Notes under the pieces: generated by a model | The model's input: the letters and a program-made list of their open reading frames with translations, nothing else | The model's database searches: none | Told to the model about the DNA's origin: nothing | Shown here: piece by piece, positions 48,193 to 57,689 of the stretch | How positions within the stretch are numbered: position 1 is the first letter of the stretch | Layout of the letters: each line of letters opens with the position of its first letter | DNA from: Candidatus Anderseniibacteriota bacterium | GTDB taxonomy: Bacteria > Patescibacteriota > JAUYIX01 | Reading direction: 5' to 3' | Assembly (NCBI GenBank): GCA_046350855.1 | Contig: JAXLZM010000001.1 | Coordinates: forward strand, 217,420 to 281,419 | DNA length: 64,000 nt | Made by a program: the position numbers and the translations under genes

Positions 48193-48657
48193 ATGAACAC
48201 ACCCAGCACACCACGCATCCCGAGCAAAGCCGAGCTCAAAAAAAAGCTCTCTCCAGAGGCCTACGCGGTTACCCAACACAAAGCCACTGAGGCACCCTTC
48301 TCGGGTAAGTACGTGCACACTAACGAGGCCGGCATGTATGTCTGCGCGGTGTGTGGGACACCGCTGTTTAGTTCCAAAACAAAGTTTAGCTCTGGGACGG
48401 GTTGGCCCAGCTTTTATAAACCGACCTCTGAGGACAATGTTGTGTTGCGCGAGGATACCTCTGGTGGGATGCGTCGCACAGAAGTCATCTGCAAAACCTG
48501 TGGCGCGCACTTGGGCCACGTCTTTGACGACGCACCGGATCAACCGTCCGGCAAACGCTTTTGCATCAACTCCTGCGCGCTTGAGCTTAAGCCTGAGAGT
48601 CAGTCCAATCAGAGTGGCCAGAGCGACGGCGCAACACCTCGCCCAGCAAAAGGCTAA
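48193..48657 (+). CDS. msrB: Peptide-methionine (R)-S-oxide reductase
   Basis: TEAPFSG, CAVC, GTGWPSF, RTEV.C..C.AHLGHVFDD, RFCINS. Confidence 0.95.
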   Translation: MNTPSTPRIPSKAELKKKLSPEAYAVTQHKATEAPFSGKYVHTNEAGMYVCAVCGTPLFSSKTKFSSGTGWPSFYKPTSEDNVVLREDTSGGMRRTEVICKTCGAHLGHVFDDAPDQPSGKRFCINSCALELKPESQSNQSGQSDGATPRPAKG

Positions 48658-49306
48658 GCAGTCCGAGGACCGCCCCTCCCCCACCAATATAGACGTGGGC
48701 GCTATGGGGCAGGGTCGCGAGTCCAGGAATCTGCTCTAAAATCGAGTGCGAACCCAAGACATAGAAGACGCCCACCCCGAGCAAAATGAGTCCAATGATC
48801 ACGAGGCTCAAAGCCCCGGCCGGAAATTTTTTTTGTGGCGGGAGAGCGGGGGCGGCTGCTACCTCGGCCGGCTGTGTAGTAGCCGTGGTCGCTTTTTTCT
48901 TGCGGCCAAACCAGGCCAGCACTCCCACGAGGATCGCGGTAACCAGTACCGTCGCTCCGATGGCCAGGGCGAGAGGTAGTGCTTGGCTCGGAGGTGGTTG
49001 CACGTAGTATTCAAAATCAAAGGAGTCGTCGTGGGTCGCAACCGTCAAGGTAAGTGGCCCCTCACTAAGTCCCTCCACGAACGTGGTCGAGTTAGCTTGG
49101 GTCAGCGCAAAGCGCGCAACTACCTGGCCAGCTTGTTGAGCCGTCAGCGTGCAACCACACTCCTCACCCGTCACCTCCACAAAGACCGTAGTGGGCTGGC
49201 TGGCGATCGGTTCGTCATTAGGATCAACGTGCACCGTTACATTGACGGTGGCGTTTTTTTCAAACTCGTGCGCCAGGAGGAGAGGCGCGGGCAAGAGGTA
49301 GCTCAT
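48587..49306 (-). CDS. Hypothetical membrane protein
   Basis: N-terminal beta domain (HVDPNDEP) plus three TMs. Confidence 0.6.
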   Translation of the reverse strand: MSYLLPAPLLLAHEFEKNATVNVTVHVDPNDEPIASQPTTVFVEVTGEECGCTLTAQQAGQVVARFALTQANSTTFVEGLSEGPLTLTVATHDDSFDFEYYVQPPPSQALPLALAIGATVLVTAILVGVLAWFGRKKKATTATTQPAEVAAAPALPPQKKFPAGALSLVIIGLILLGVGVFYVLGSHSILEQIPGLATLPHSAHVYIGGGGAVLGLLSLLLGEVLRRRSGHSDWTDSQA

Positions 49307-50052
49307 AGGCCGTGCTTATGGCCAATCGTACCACTAATCAAACTGGCGTAGCCAAGATAGAGTGCGGCCGCGACGAGGAGCACCAGGAGAGCTTTTTCGG
49401 CCGCAGCCTGCACAGCGCTTGGTTGAACCGTCCGACGCCGCAGCTGCACTATTGAGGCCCACACTTTAAGGAGGGTCAACATAATTGCGCTCACAATAAT
49501 CGAGAGGGCCAAGGGTCGGCGTGTATCGATAAAATCTGAACCGATGTAGATCACGTGCAGGAGCGCAGCGGGCGTAAAGAGATAGGTCAGGCGGTGCAGC
49601 TGCTTCCAACGTTTGCCGAGTTTACGCACCGCCCAGTCATTGGCCGTTAGCCCCAAGGCAATCAACCCAACTAATGCGACCGTCCCAAGTGCAATCGAGA
49701 GGGAGTAGGGATAACTCAAACGCCCAATCGTTACAAACGACCCATGGAACGCAAAAAAGAAGGCAATCGCAACATGCACCAGCACAAAGAGCAAGCTTGT
49801 GAGGCCGATCGCCCGACGTGCTCTGACCAAAAGTGCGGTCAATTGTCCACGTGGTGCCGCTACGCTCAACAACCCCGGTATATAGGTGGCCAAGAGCCAA
49901 ATCAGCGCCGAGAGTCCAAAGTTACGACCGAGTTCGGCCACGGCGGGACTAAAGGCCGGGAGCTTAGCGAGGGTCCAACCAACGAGCAGGATCGACCAAA
50001 GTACGGCCAACCCATAGACCAAGGCACGAATCCAGCGGTAGAGCCACGTCAC
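49303..50052 (-). CDS. Ferric-reductase-like heme membrane protein (MsrQ-like)
   Basis: RRAIGL...LVH, LGLTAND...RKLGKRWKQLHRLTY...LLH. Confidence 0.85.
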   Translation of the reverse strand: MTWLYRWIRALVYGLAVLWSILLVGWTLAKLPAFSPAVAELGRNFGLSALIWLLATYIPGLLSVAAPRGQLTALLVRARRAIGLTSLLFVLVHVAIAFFFAFHGSFVTIGRLSYPYSLSIALGTVALVGLIALGLTANDWAVRKLGKRWKQLHRLTYLFTPAALLHVIYIGSDFIDTRRPLALSIIVSAIMLTLLKVWASIVQLRRRTVQPSAVQAAAEKALLVLLVAAALYLGYASLISGTIGHKHGL

Positions 50053-50054
50053 AA

Positions 50055-50582
50055 TTATCCGCGCGAGTGATCGAGGTCGCAGGTCTTAGAAAGATCGACT
50101 TCGACCCACGTCTCCCGTCCAAAGAGCTTTTCATCAAAAATTTTGAGACGGTGCGGCCGTATGATGAATGGTACAACCTTGACGTGTTCAACCGCATGTG
50201 AGCCTGGATCAATCTTTTTGCGATCAAATTTTGGGAACCGCGTTAAATAGAGGCTGACAGCGCTATGCAATTCCTGCAGGTTGGCTTGGTGAGCCGTACC
50301 GGTAAATTGAATGCCACGTCGTGGAAAGCGCCAGGTTTGGTTGGTATTAGCGATTGGTTCTGAGAAAAAGATAAGACAAAAGTTTTTATCGTAGCTAAAG
50401 ACCACGACGCAGGCGTGCGGCTCGCCGTACTGCGTCGTACTAATAAACATGAGCGGGGTTTGCGAGACGATCTCGTTGATGCTCTGCAGCAGTAACGTGG
50501 GTTTGTATTTTTTGTGACTAACCGCAAAAGTAAGTGGCGGGAGATCCGCAAAAGGACGGGGGCTGGGCGTGGTAGTTTGCAT
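50055..50582 (-). CDS. Pyridoxamine 5'-phosphate oxidase-like (YhbP-like) split-barrel protein
   Basis: ISTT...PHACVVVF, RGIQFTG, Y..RFP, K.FDE..FG. Confidence 0.6.
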   Translation of the reverse strand: MQTTTPSPRPFADLPPLTFAVSHKKYKPTLLLQSINEIVSQTPLMFISTTQYGEPHACVVVFSYDKNFCLIFFSEPIANTNQTWRFPRRGIQFTGTAHQANLQELHSAVSLYLTRFPKFDRKKIDPGSHAVEHVKVVPFIIRPHRLKIFDEKLFGRETWVEVDLSKTCDLDHSRG

Positions 50583-50601
50583 AATTAAAGTTTAGCAGAT
50601 G

Positions 50602-51753
50602 TTAGCTCGGACCGTACTGGGCTGATTCGGCCAACGTGAGAGCAGCCAGGAGTGTAGCGACCGGGACCGCAATTACGAGGGTCATGCTCCCGATCAGCGT
50701 GCGCGCGATCTCCTCGGAGACGACGTCACTATTGAGAATGGTCCAGAGGGGTTGGCTTTGATAGTAGGAGAACAAGAGCAGGAGTGGCAGCGAGGCACCC
50801 GTGTAGGCCAAGACGAGCGTGTTAACCAGTGAGGCGATGTGCTCACGGCCGACCCGCAGGCCCCGCGTAAAAAGCTCGCGCCAGGCCAGGGCGGGATTGG
50901 CAGATTTGAGTTCGGCCACGGTAGCAACTTGGCTGGCCACAATGTCGTCGATCACACCGAGCGTACCGATGATGATGCCGCCCAGCAAAATTCCGCGCGT
51001 ATCGACCGTGAGGTCTCCTAAAAATTGCAGATAGACGCCCTCCTCCGAGCCGGTTCCAAATAGACGCAGTCCTTTGACCGCCAGAATTGCCATGAGGCCG
51101 GCTAGCAACAAAGCGGCCAAAGAACTAATGAGCGAAATCGCGGTCCGCAGGTTAAACCCGTGCGCTAGCGGTAAGGCCAACGATAAAATAATCGTGGCTG
51201 AGAGTAGGGTAACGCCGAGTGGGCTGGAGCCACTCAGTAAGCTGGGTACCGAGTAAAGGGTTAGGACCGCGATAGTGACGCCCAACCCAACGATCGAAAA
51301 AAGTCCTTTGCGGCCGGCAAAAATGAGCACAACCAAGGCAAAGAGACCAGCCAGCACGTAGAGACCACTGAGTCGTAATTTGTTGGCCACAAAAAAGCTT
51401 TGGGCGTTTTGGGCACGCATCAAAACGAGTTTTTCGCCCACGCGGGTTTTGAGATACGGACGCGTGTCAGAGAAGCCGGAGACCTCGAGTTCGACGGTTT
51501 TGTCTTTGTAGTCGCCTTTGCTCAAAATGAGCGCCCGAATTTTTTGGTAGGCCTCATCCGAGGCACCGGTGGGACGAGTTCCCTCCTCCAAAATCTCAAC
51601 GACGCGCGCTTTATAAAAATTAGTTGGAGTCGTTTGAACGGGCGTGCGGGGTGAGCGATCGGTGCGCCAAACTAACAGGATCGTTGCAAGCACCGACAAA
51701 AGAGCCATTACTACGACAACGGTTCGGCCGGTTTTTGCAAGACGCGTCAACAT
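50602..51753 (-). CDS. YibE/F family membrane protein
   Basis: IIGTLGVIDD, VGREHIASLVNTLVLAYTGASLP, EEIARTLIGS. Confidence 0.9.
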   Translation of the reverse strand: MLTRLAKTGRTVVVVMALLSVLATILLVWRTDRSPRTPVQTTPTNFYKARVVEILEEGTRPTGASDEAYQKIRALILSKGDYKDKTVELEVSGFSDTRPYLKTRVGEKLVLMRAQNAQSFFVANKLRLSGLYVLAGLFALVVLIFAGRKGLFSIVGLGVTIAVLTLYSVPSLLSGSSPLGVTLLSATIILSLALPLAHGFNLRTAISLISSLAALLLAGLMAILAVKGLRLFGTGSEEGVYLQFLGDLTVDTRGILLGGIIIGTLGVIDDIVASQVATVAELKSANPALAWRELFTRGLRVGREHIASLVNTLVLAYTGASLPLLLLFSYYQSQPLWTILNSDVVSEEIARTLIGSMTLVIAVPVATLLAALTLAESAQYGPS

Positions 51754-51854
51754 TTTGCGATTGTACCTGGTTTGATTTGGACGCGCTACGTGCTAGCCTA
51801 CGTCTCCGTTCTTTGTAACTACCAACACGGGCGAACCCGCCCAGAGGGAGAACC

Positions 51855-52148
51855 ATGGCTTACACTCACTCCTGTCAAAGACTCCGTAGCTTGATCTTGG
51901 AAAAAGCTCCAGAAAGCTACGCCTCCGACAAAAACGTTGACGATCACAACTGGTCTCCCACCCTCGACTATTGCCTCTGGATGCTTGATCAGATTCTACC
52001 CATGCCCAGGAGCACCACCGTAGCGGGTGCGGCCAGGATGGGTCGCTGGATCGGGTACGTCTTTGCTCGGCTAGAGTCAGTCGGTCTAATCACCAACAAA
52101 GACTCACGGGACATGGCACGTGTCGATACCCAGACCAATGACGTCTAA
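51855..52148 (+). CDS. Hypothetical protein
   Basis: GGGAG SD, 97 aa, own promoter and downstream terminator. Confidence 0.6.
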   Translation: MAYTHSCQRLRSLILEKAPESYASDKNVDDHNWSPTLDYCLWMLDQILPMPRSTTVAGAARMGRWIGYVFARLESVGLITNKDSRDMARVDTQTNDV

Positions 52149-52229
52149 GTGTCATGCGCAGCCTTAATTTTCAAAAGGACCAGCTTTGGTGAGCTGGCCC
52201 TTTTTTCTTTAACGCACTCGAGGGCAGAA

Positions 52230-52673
52230 CTACTTTTTACCTTGGAACTCCTGCTGGAGTTTGTGCTTGTGACGCAGGTGCGCTTTGAGGTGGGCCTTGG
52301 GGCCGTGTGGACCGTGCTTACGATGCAAGAGCGGCAAAGGAATTTTATTGTCCTTAGCCCAGATCTTGAGCTCTTGGTGCTTTTGCTTGAGGGCCTGGTG
52401 ACGCTCTTTAGGGGTCTTATCCTTGAGACTTTCTCTAAAAGCCTGCAGTTCCTTAAGTTTGGCCAAGATCAGATCACGCTGCTCGGCGGTCAATTTGCCG
52501 GCTTCAACCGCTTGCTGCAGTCGATCAGCGATCTTTTTTTGATGCACCGCTTTGAGTGCACCGACCTGCCCGTCGACGGGTTTGGGGCCAGCGGCCGAGG
52601 CCAGGCCAACGAGTGATCCCGCTCCGAGTACGGCCAAAAGACCGCCCGCGAGCAACGACTTTTTGAACTGCAT
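52230..52673 (-). CDS. Secreted helical His/Lys-rich protein
   Basis: Signal peptide; RLQQAVEAGKLTAEQ motif; His-rich tail. Confidence 0.7.
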   Translation of the reverse strand: MQFKKSLLAGGLLAVLGAGSLVGLASAAGPKPVDGQVGALKAVHQKKIADRLQQAVEAGKLTAEQRDLILAKLKELQAFRESLKDKTPKERHQALKQKHQELKIWAKDNKIPLPLLHRKHGPHGPKAHLKAHLRHKHKLQQEFQGKK

Positions 52674-52793
52674 AGGTATGTGGTTACTGATTAACCTGGC
52701 GAGAATACACGCCCGCCCTGTGAAAGCAATGCGAAGAAAAACTGCCGAGTAACAAATAGTTCACACGATGTATACCTACTCGTCTAGAGGTAC

Positions 52794-53642
52794 TTAAGAG
52801 GCCTTTTTAGCGCTTTTATGTTTGTGGGTTATCCCGTAGAGCAGACGGGCGACCAGTGCTGCAAGCAGTAGTCCCAGTCCCACAAGAACCGCCCAACGGT
52901 ACGGGCTGCCCAAAGCACGCATGATAGCCGGGCCGACGTACCCACCTACATAGCCAATCACGGCCGAAGTCTCAGCCTGACCGGGTGGTGCGGCCTGTTG
53001 CACAAATGAGCGCTCGACAATAAGAGTTGCGGCTGCAAAGGGCAGTCCCATGACGAGTAGGACAACACCTGGGCTGACTAAGCGCCCAAAGCGTCGTGAG
53101 AACCACACCAGCACCCCCAAAAAAACTAGTGCCACAGCGGCGGCAATCCAGGACCAGTGCACGAGTCGCAGATGCATAGGGTGCGTAAAGAAAGCCAGCA
53201 CACCCAGCTGCTCAGCGGGACTACTACCCTTGAGCATACCCTGCCGTTGGTCAACGTTGTAGATTTGTTGGGCCAATTTTTTAAAAATAGTGAGTCGGAT
53301 CTCACGGGGAGTTTTACCGGTTAGATCCGCGGCTCGTACGGTGATGTCTTGACCGGGCAGGGGCTGGAGCGTGCCAGTGGGTGACTCGGCTAGTTGCTGA
53401 CGCAGCTGATCGATATCGGTCGGATCGTCCAAGCCATTTTGGCTAAAGAGCAGGGCGGTCGAGGTGGTCATGACGTCGATCGCAGTAGTTGGCGCGGTTA
53501 CCCGGGCCAAACCAAAAAGCAGGAGTGCTGCTCCCACAAACAAGGCCGCGAGCAAACCCGCGATCCATTTGAGGTCGAGCTTCCAGGAGGAACGTGTATC
53601 AACGTGAGCGACGGCGGTCGCCCGTGGGGAAGTCTGTGCCAT
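52794..53642 (-). CDS. Hypothetical membrane protein
   Basis: Four TMs around a soluble loop. Confidence 0.7.
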   Translation of the reverse strand: MAQTSPRATAVAHVDTRSSWKLDLKWIAGLLAALFVGAALLLFGLARVTAPTTAIDVMTTSTALLFSQNGLDDPTDIDQLRQQLAESPTGTLQPLPGQDITVRAADLTGKTPREIRLTIFKKLAQQIYNVDQRQGMLKGSSPAEQLGVLAFFTHPMHLRLVHWSWIAAAVALVFLGVLVWFSRRFGRLVSPGVVLLVMGLPFAAATLIVERSFVQQAAPPGQAETSAVIGYVGGYVGPAIMRALGSPYRWAVLVGLGLLLAALVARLLYGITHKHKSAKKAS

Positions 53643-53683
53643 GGCCATAGTATACGCACAAAAAATGTACTACACTACCTGCT

Positions 53684-53926
53684 ATGGCGACTAACAAAGT
53701 TCGGCATGATACGGCCATTTTGGCTCTCATCCTCAACATCCTTGTGTTACCGGGGATAGGCACACTTGTTGCTGGCCGAACCACCGAAGGCGTACTTCAA
53801 CTAACCTTGTTTTTGGTCTCGATCCCCTTGTGCCTAATCTTGATTGGGTTCCCCCTCATGCTGGCCATGTGGATTTGGTCGCTCGTCACGGGTATCGACA
53901 TTCTCAACAAAGCGCAGCCCAATTAA
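53684..53926 (+). CDS. Small TM2-like membrane protein
   Basis: AILALILN..LPGIG...G....GVLQL...LIGFP. Confidence 0.65.
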   Translation: MATNKVRHDTAILALILNILVLPGIGTLVAGRTTEGVLQLTLFLVSIPLCLILIGFPLMLAMWIWSLVTGIDILNKAQPN

Positions 53927-54513
53927 GCCGCGGTCGTCGCAGAGTTTTTTGGTTTTTGTAGCTTACCGACCAGTAGGCTAGCCACGAGCGTTGTAATCAG
54001 GGTCACCCCTAGACCGAGAGCGAGCATGGTCATGAGATCCGCCTCGCGCGCCTCGATCTCTTTGAGCGAACGGCCCACGACGATGTAGCCCTCGGCTTTA
54101 CCGTCCTGAGTTTTGTAGTGCTCGATCACCAGCGCCTCACGTACACCGTCCTGGGGCTGCCAGGTGATGCGATTTTGCTGGCCGTTGTCGGTCTCGTGTA
54201 AAGCGCCACTCGGGACGATCGCGGGGTTGTTGTTAAGGGTGACGGTACTGGCCATGACCTTGCCGTCTTTGTCATACAAAATCACAAAGGGAGCGCTGGT
54301 CTCGGTCAAATCAAGTTTTTTACCGGCATCCAGGGCGGTTGGATCTTGTCCAGCGGCAAGATCTCTCGCCAGCTCTTGCACGATCTGGACCTGTGGATCA
54401 TCGGCGCTACGTCGGTACACTTGCTGAACGGTTGCGTAGAGCAAGCCCGTTACAAGGATGATCGCTAGGCCTAGCGGAATCCAGGCTAAAAAACGTGAGA
54501 CAAAATAGTGCAT
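53923..54513 (-). CDS. Two-TM protein with a Cache/PDC-like extracytoplasmic domain and no output domain
   Basis: TM - FVILYDKDGKV...ITWQP...GYIVVGRSL - TM. Confidence 0.65.
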   Translation of the reverse strand: MHYFVSRFLAWIPLGLAIILVTGLLYATVQQVYRRSADDPQVQIVQELARDLAAGQDPTALDAGKKLDLTETSAPFVILYDKDGKVMASTVTLNNNPAIVPSGALHETDNGQQNRITWQPQDGVREALVIEHYKTQDGKAEGYIVVGRSLKEIEAREADLMTMLALGLGVTLITTLVASLLVGKLQKPKNSATTAA

Positions 54514-54554
54514 ACGGAACTAGCCTAGCACGTATCACTCAGTACTGACGGGCT

Positions 54555-55670
54555 TTATTTGCTCTTAGTGCTTTTAGCAGCCTTAGCTTTGCCCTTGCGA
54601 TTGGGGTGCTTGCGGTAGTGACGGACGATCAAGAAGAGTGCCACCAGGAGGATGATTGCGATCAGACTGGCGCTGTAAATCGAGAGCGCCACGGCATCTG
54701 GCATGACAAACATACTGACAACCGGTCCGCGGAGTGCGAGTTCGTCCTTGTCATCCCAGGGCTTCATGGTGACGAGGGGCTCGCCAAAGTCGGCACCCTC
54801 AAGACGATCGATTTGCGAGCTATCCGTGACTTTGTCCCCCTTAGCGGTGTAGCCCGAGCCATCGATCTCAACCAGCGAACTGATTTTAACCCAGCCACCC
54901 CAGCGCGGACGCGCGATCGGGAAGTTCATAGTGAGAGCTTCGCCGGAGAGCGACAAAAATTGTCCGCCATCTTTGTGCAACCCGTTGCCAAAGAGCGCAC
55001 GGCGAGTTACGACATTGGCAACCAGATCCTCTGAGACGTTGCCACCATTGGTGACGGTCAGCGAGACGAGCGGCTCGGCTCCGGTGCGATCAATATGCAT
55101 GTCGGTAATCTCGAGACTGCGCTTGACGTCACCGGGAACGGTAATACTTACGCGGATTCCAGAGCGTGTCGTAATGTGGATCCCAGCACTGGTGCTTTGG
55201 GCTTTGCTCTCTTCTACTACAACGCAAGCCTCATGTTCACCCACGGTCGCATTATCGGGCACTTTAATCGTAAATGGCACCAAGACGGTACTGTGCGAGG
55301 CAACCGTGACCTCGCGCTTGTCACCAAAATCGAGCCAAGCTCCGACGGAATCGGGTTTTTCGCTACGCTGTGCGCAGGTAAAGGCTCCATCACTCGAGAC
55401 GGCCGAGTCGGTCGCGTAGACCAGGACTTTACGATCGGTATCACTACTATTGATGACGTTGACGCCCTCACCAACCGAGGCACCCGGGCTCAACGTGTGA
55501 ATAAAAATCGATTCCGTGTGCGGATCATTTTTGAGCGGATAGGCCGGCCGCGCACCGAGTCCTGCTACGGCTTGGCTGGCTTGCGGTACCAAAATTCCTA
55601 CCAACCCAAGTATAGCCACCAACCCAATGATAGCGTGGCGAGTGCGGCGGACTGATGCGGTTAAAACCAT
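54555..55670 (-). CDS. DUF916 / WxL-interacting-protein-like surface protein
   Basis: Signal peptide; F...LSPG....V.V.N.S...VYATD...GAW...VPFTIKVPDNATVGEH; second Ig-like domain (VTNGGNV); C-terminal TM and basic tail. Confidence 0.75.
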   Translation of the reverse strand: MVLTASVRRTRHAIIGLVAILGLVGILVPQASQAVAGLGARPAYPLKNDPHTESIFIHTLSPGASVGEGVNVINSSDTDRKVLVYATDSAVSSDGAFTCAQRSEKPDSVGAWLDFGDKREVTVASHSTVLVPFTIKVPDNATVGEHEACVVVEESKAQSTSAGIHITTRSGIRVSITVPGDVKRSLEITDMHIDRTGAEPLVSLTVTNGGNVSEDLVANVVTRRALFGNGLHKDGGQFLSLSGEALTMNFPIARPRWGGWVKISSLVEIDGSGYTAKGDKVTDSSQIDRLEGADFGEPLVTMKPWDDKDELALRGPVVSMFVMPDAVALSIYSASLIAIILLVALFLIVRHYRKHPNRKGKAKAAKSTKSK

Positions 55671-55690
55671 GTTCCTCCCTTAGCTAAAAC

Positions 55691-56392
55691 TTACAGAGCA
55701 ACTACCGATAAAACCATGTTCAGGGCGTAGCCGCTGGCGGCTGGTTGTTCACCCGGAACTTTTTGACTAATCGAAACGCCGCGGAAACGCCAGTCACCAA
55801 TATCGTTGGAACCCGCCGCAGCCGAGAGGAGCGTCACGCTGTCGGTCGTATCTTGTACAAAGGGGGTCGAACTACCCTTAGAAATACCAGTGGTGGCACA
55901 GCTGGCGCATTGACCGGTCAAGAGAGTACCGCCGCTTGGATCAACCGTCATTTGACCACCCTTGCTATCGGCATCCGCACCATCGGTACAACCGGAACCA
56001 CTCGAGTCATTGAAGTCATAGGTATTGCTACCCGAAGTCCAGAGGTCGGTCGTGGCAGAGGCGGCGAGTGACAAGGTCCAACCGTTATCGGCGCCGTCTG
56101 GGTTTTGTACGTAGATGTTTTCGGTCGAAGTTCCAAAGCTACCGGTTGAGGTCTGACAACTAAAGGAGAAGGTCAACGTACTCATTGGGACCGAGGGGCT
56201 CGCTACCGAAGCATAGCTGCCGTCCACAATGTCCGTGGTGAGCGTCCCGGCGTTAATGTTTTGCGTAAACGATGAGGTGTTGCTAGCTAACACATAGACC
56301 AAACCGCCGACCGTCGCAGCCACCGCAATGATAGCAACGACAATAGCGACGAGCGCTCCGGCCGATGAGGCAACCTTTTGTGGGAATGTCAT
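55691..56392 (-). CDS. Small WxL-like secreted protein
   Basis: N-terminal hydrophobic segment; AGTL, NGWTLS, Y...MVLSV; adjacent to the DUF916-like gene. Confidence 0.65.
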   Translation of the reverse strand: MTFPQKVASSAGALVAIVVAIIAVAATVGGLVYVLASNTSSFTQNINAGTLTTDIVDGSYASVASPSVPMSTLTFSFSCQTSTGSFGTSTENIYVQNPDGADNGWTLSLAASATTDLWTSGSNTYDFNDSSGSGCTDGADADSKGGQMTVDPSGGTLLTGQCASCATTGISKGSSTPFVQDTTDSVTLLSAAAGSNDIGDWRFRGVSISQKVPGEQPAASGYALNMVLSVVAL

Positions 56393-56507
56393 ACGCGGCT
56401 AAGTATCTAATTTTTTAGTCGGGCCGTCAATGACTTTTGCACATGTACCTCGCACAGGTGGCTTTGCCTTGGTACTCGCAGAGCGTACACTGGGAGGACT
56501 AAAGGAT

Positions 56508-57635
56508 ATGGGACGTTGGTTCGTCAACACAATTAGTATCGTCGCCTCACTGGGTGTCATCACCGCGGTTGTCGTTACGGTCGCTTCCAGTCGAGAGAAC
56601 CGTTCGAACGCCCAAATCTCCGTAAACAACACCCCCAACAATACGGGCAATACGCTCAACAACGTTAGCAATAACGCGACCAATTCTGTCGTGCCACCCT
56701 CGCCGTCACCCAGTCCGTCACCAAGCCCAAGTCCATCCCCGTCTCCATCTCCGTCACCCTCACCTACCCCTACCCCAACAAATAACACGACCGGCACACC
56801 GAGCTCTGGCACTGGTACGGGTTCAACCGGAGGAACCACGCAGCCGAGCAGTGGTACAACGGGCACAACTACCCAGCCGACAACACAACCAAGCTCAAGC
56901 ACACAAACTAAGCCGACCGTAACCACTAATGAGGCGGTGCGTACTACCAAGGCCACTACCACGGCCGGGGTACCGGTCACGACCTCGGTCTCGGGCGATC
57001 CGACCTTACTTGCGGCGCTCCTCGATAACAAAGAGCCGGTTGAAATTCGCCTTGAGATCGTCAATGGCCGGCCGTTCTACCATATCCTGCGCAAAATCGG
57101 ACCGGATGAGGACCAAGCCGCTGCACGCGAAGAAGTGATCGCAGGCGATCCTGATAAACCGGTCTCGATCGTGATCGAGCGCGGCAGTGGAGACCAAGAG
57201 CGCAGCATTACCATTAGCTTTACCGTGACGAGTGACGCCGCCGGTCTCTACCAGATCAACATACGTGTTCCAAACTTTAGCGGCTCGCTACCGCCCATCA
57301 CGACGAGTCTGCCGCTCAAAGTAAACGAGGCAGCTGCAACCGTCTCCGCCATTGCCAACGATGTTGAAAACGACATCACAGACATAGATATGGCCTGGGT
57401 TGAACAAGGTCTACAAAACGCCAAACTTAATCTCAAAACCCTCGAGCTGCGGCAAGATCCTGCAAAGGGCGAGGTGGTGATCTTGTATGGTACCGGCTTC
57501 AGCCAAAAAAAGCTTTTTGGTCTGATTCCGGTCCGACATCGAACACAGGTGACGATCGAGACCCAAGGAGCTCAGCGCTTACTTGAATTTGAAGGCTTTT
57601 TCTTCCGCCGTATCCTCAAGTATTTCCTCTGGTAG
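56508..57635 (+). CDS. Membrane-anchored protein with long Pro/Ser/Thr linker
   Basis: N-terminal TM; (PS)n and T/G-rich linker; C-terminal KKLFGLIPV motif. Confidence 0.7.
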   Translation: MGRWFVNTISIVASLGVITAVVVTVASSRENRSNAQISVNNTPNNTGNTLNNVSNNATNSVVPPSPSPSPSPSPSPSPSPSPSPSPTPTPTNNTTGTPSSGTGTGSTGGTTQPSSGTTGTTTQPTTQPSSSTQTKPTVTTNEAVRTTKATTTAGVPVTTSVSGDPTLLAALLDNKEPVEIRLEIVNGRPFYHILRKIGPDEDQAAAREEVIAGDPDKPVSIVIERGSGDQERSITISFTVTSDAAGLYQINIRVPNFSGSLPPITTSLPLKVNEAAATVSAIANDVENDITDIDMAWVEQGLQNAKLNLKTLELRQDPAKGEVVILYGTGFSQKKLFGLIPVRHRTQVTIETQGAQRLLEFEGFFFRRILKYFLW

Positions 57636-57689
57636 CATCGGTCGTTATCCAGTTGGCGCCGCTATTGGGCGCGTGGCATACTGTCCGGT

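Noticed and set aside
56690-56785. (PS)n repeat as a DNA contingency locus
   Set aside because: Codons are scrambled (TCG CCG TCA CCC AGT CCG...), so it is a protein linker, not a slippage tract.
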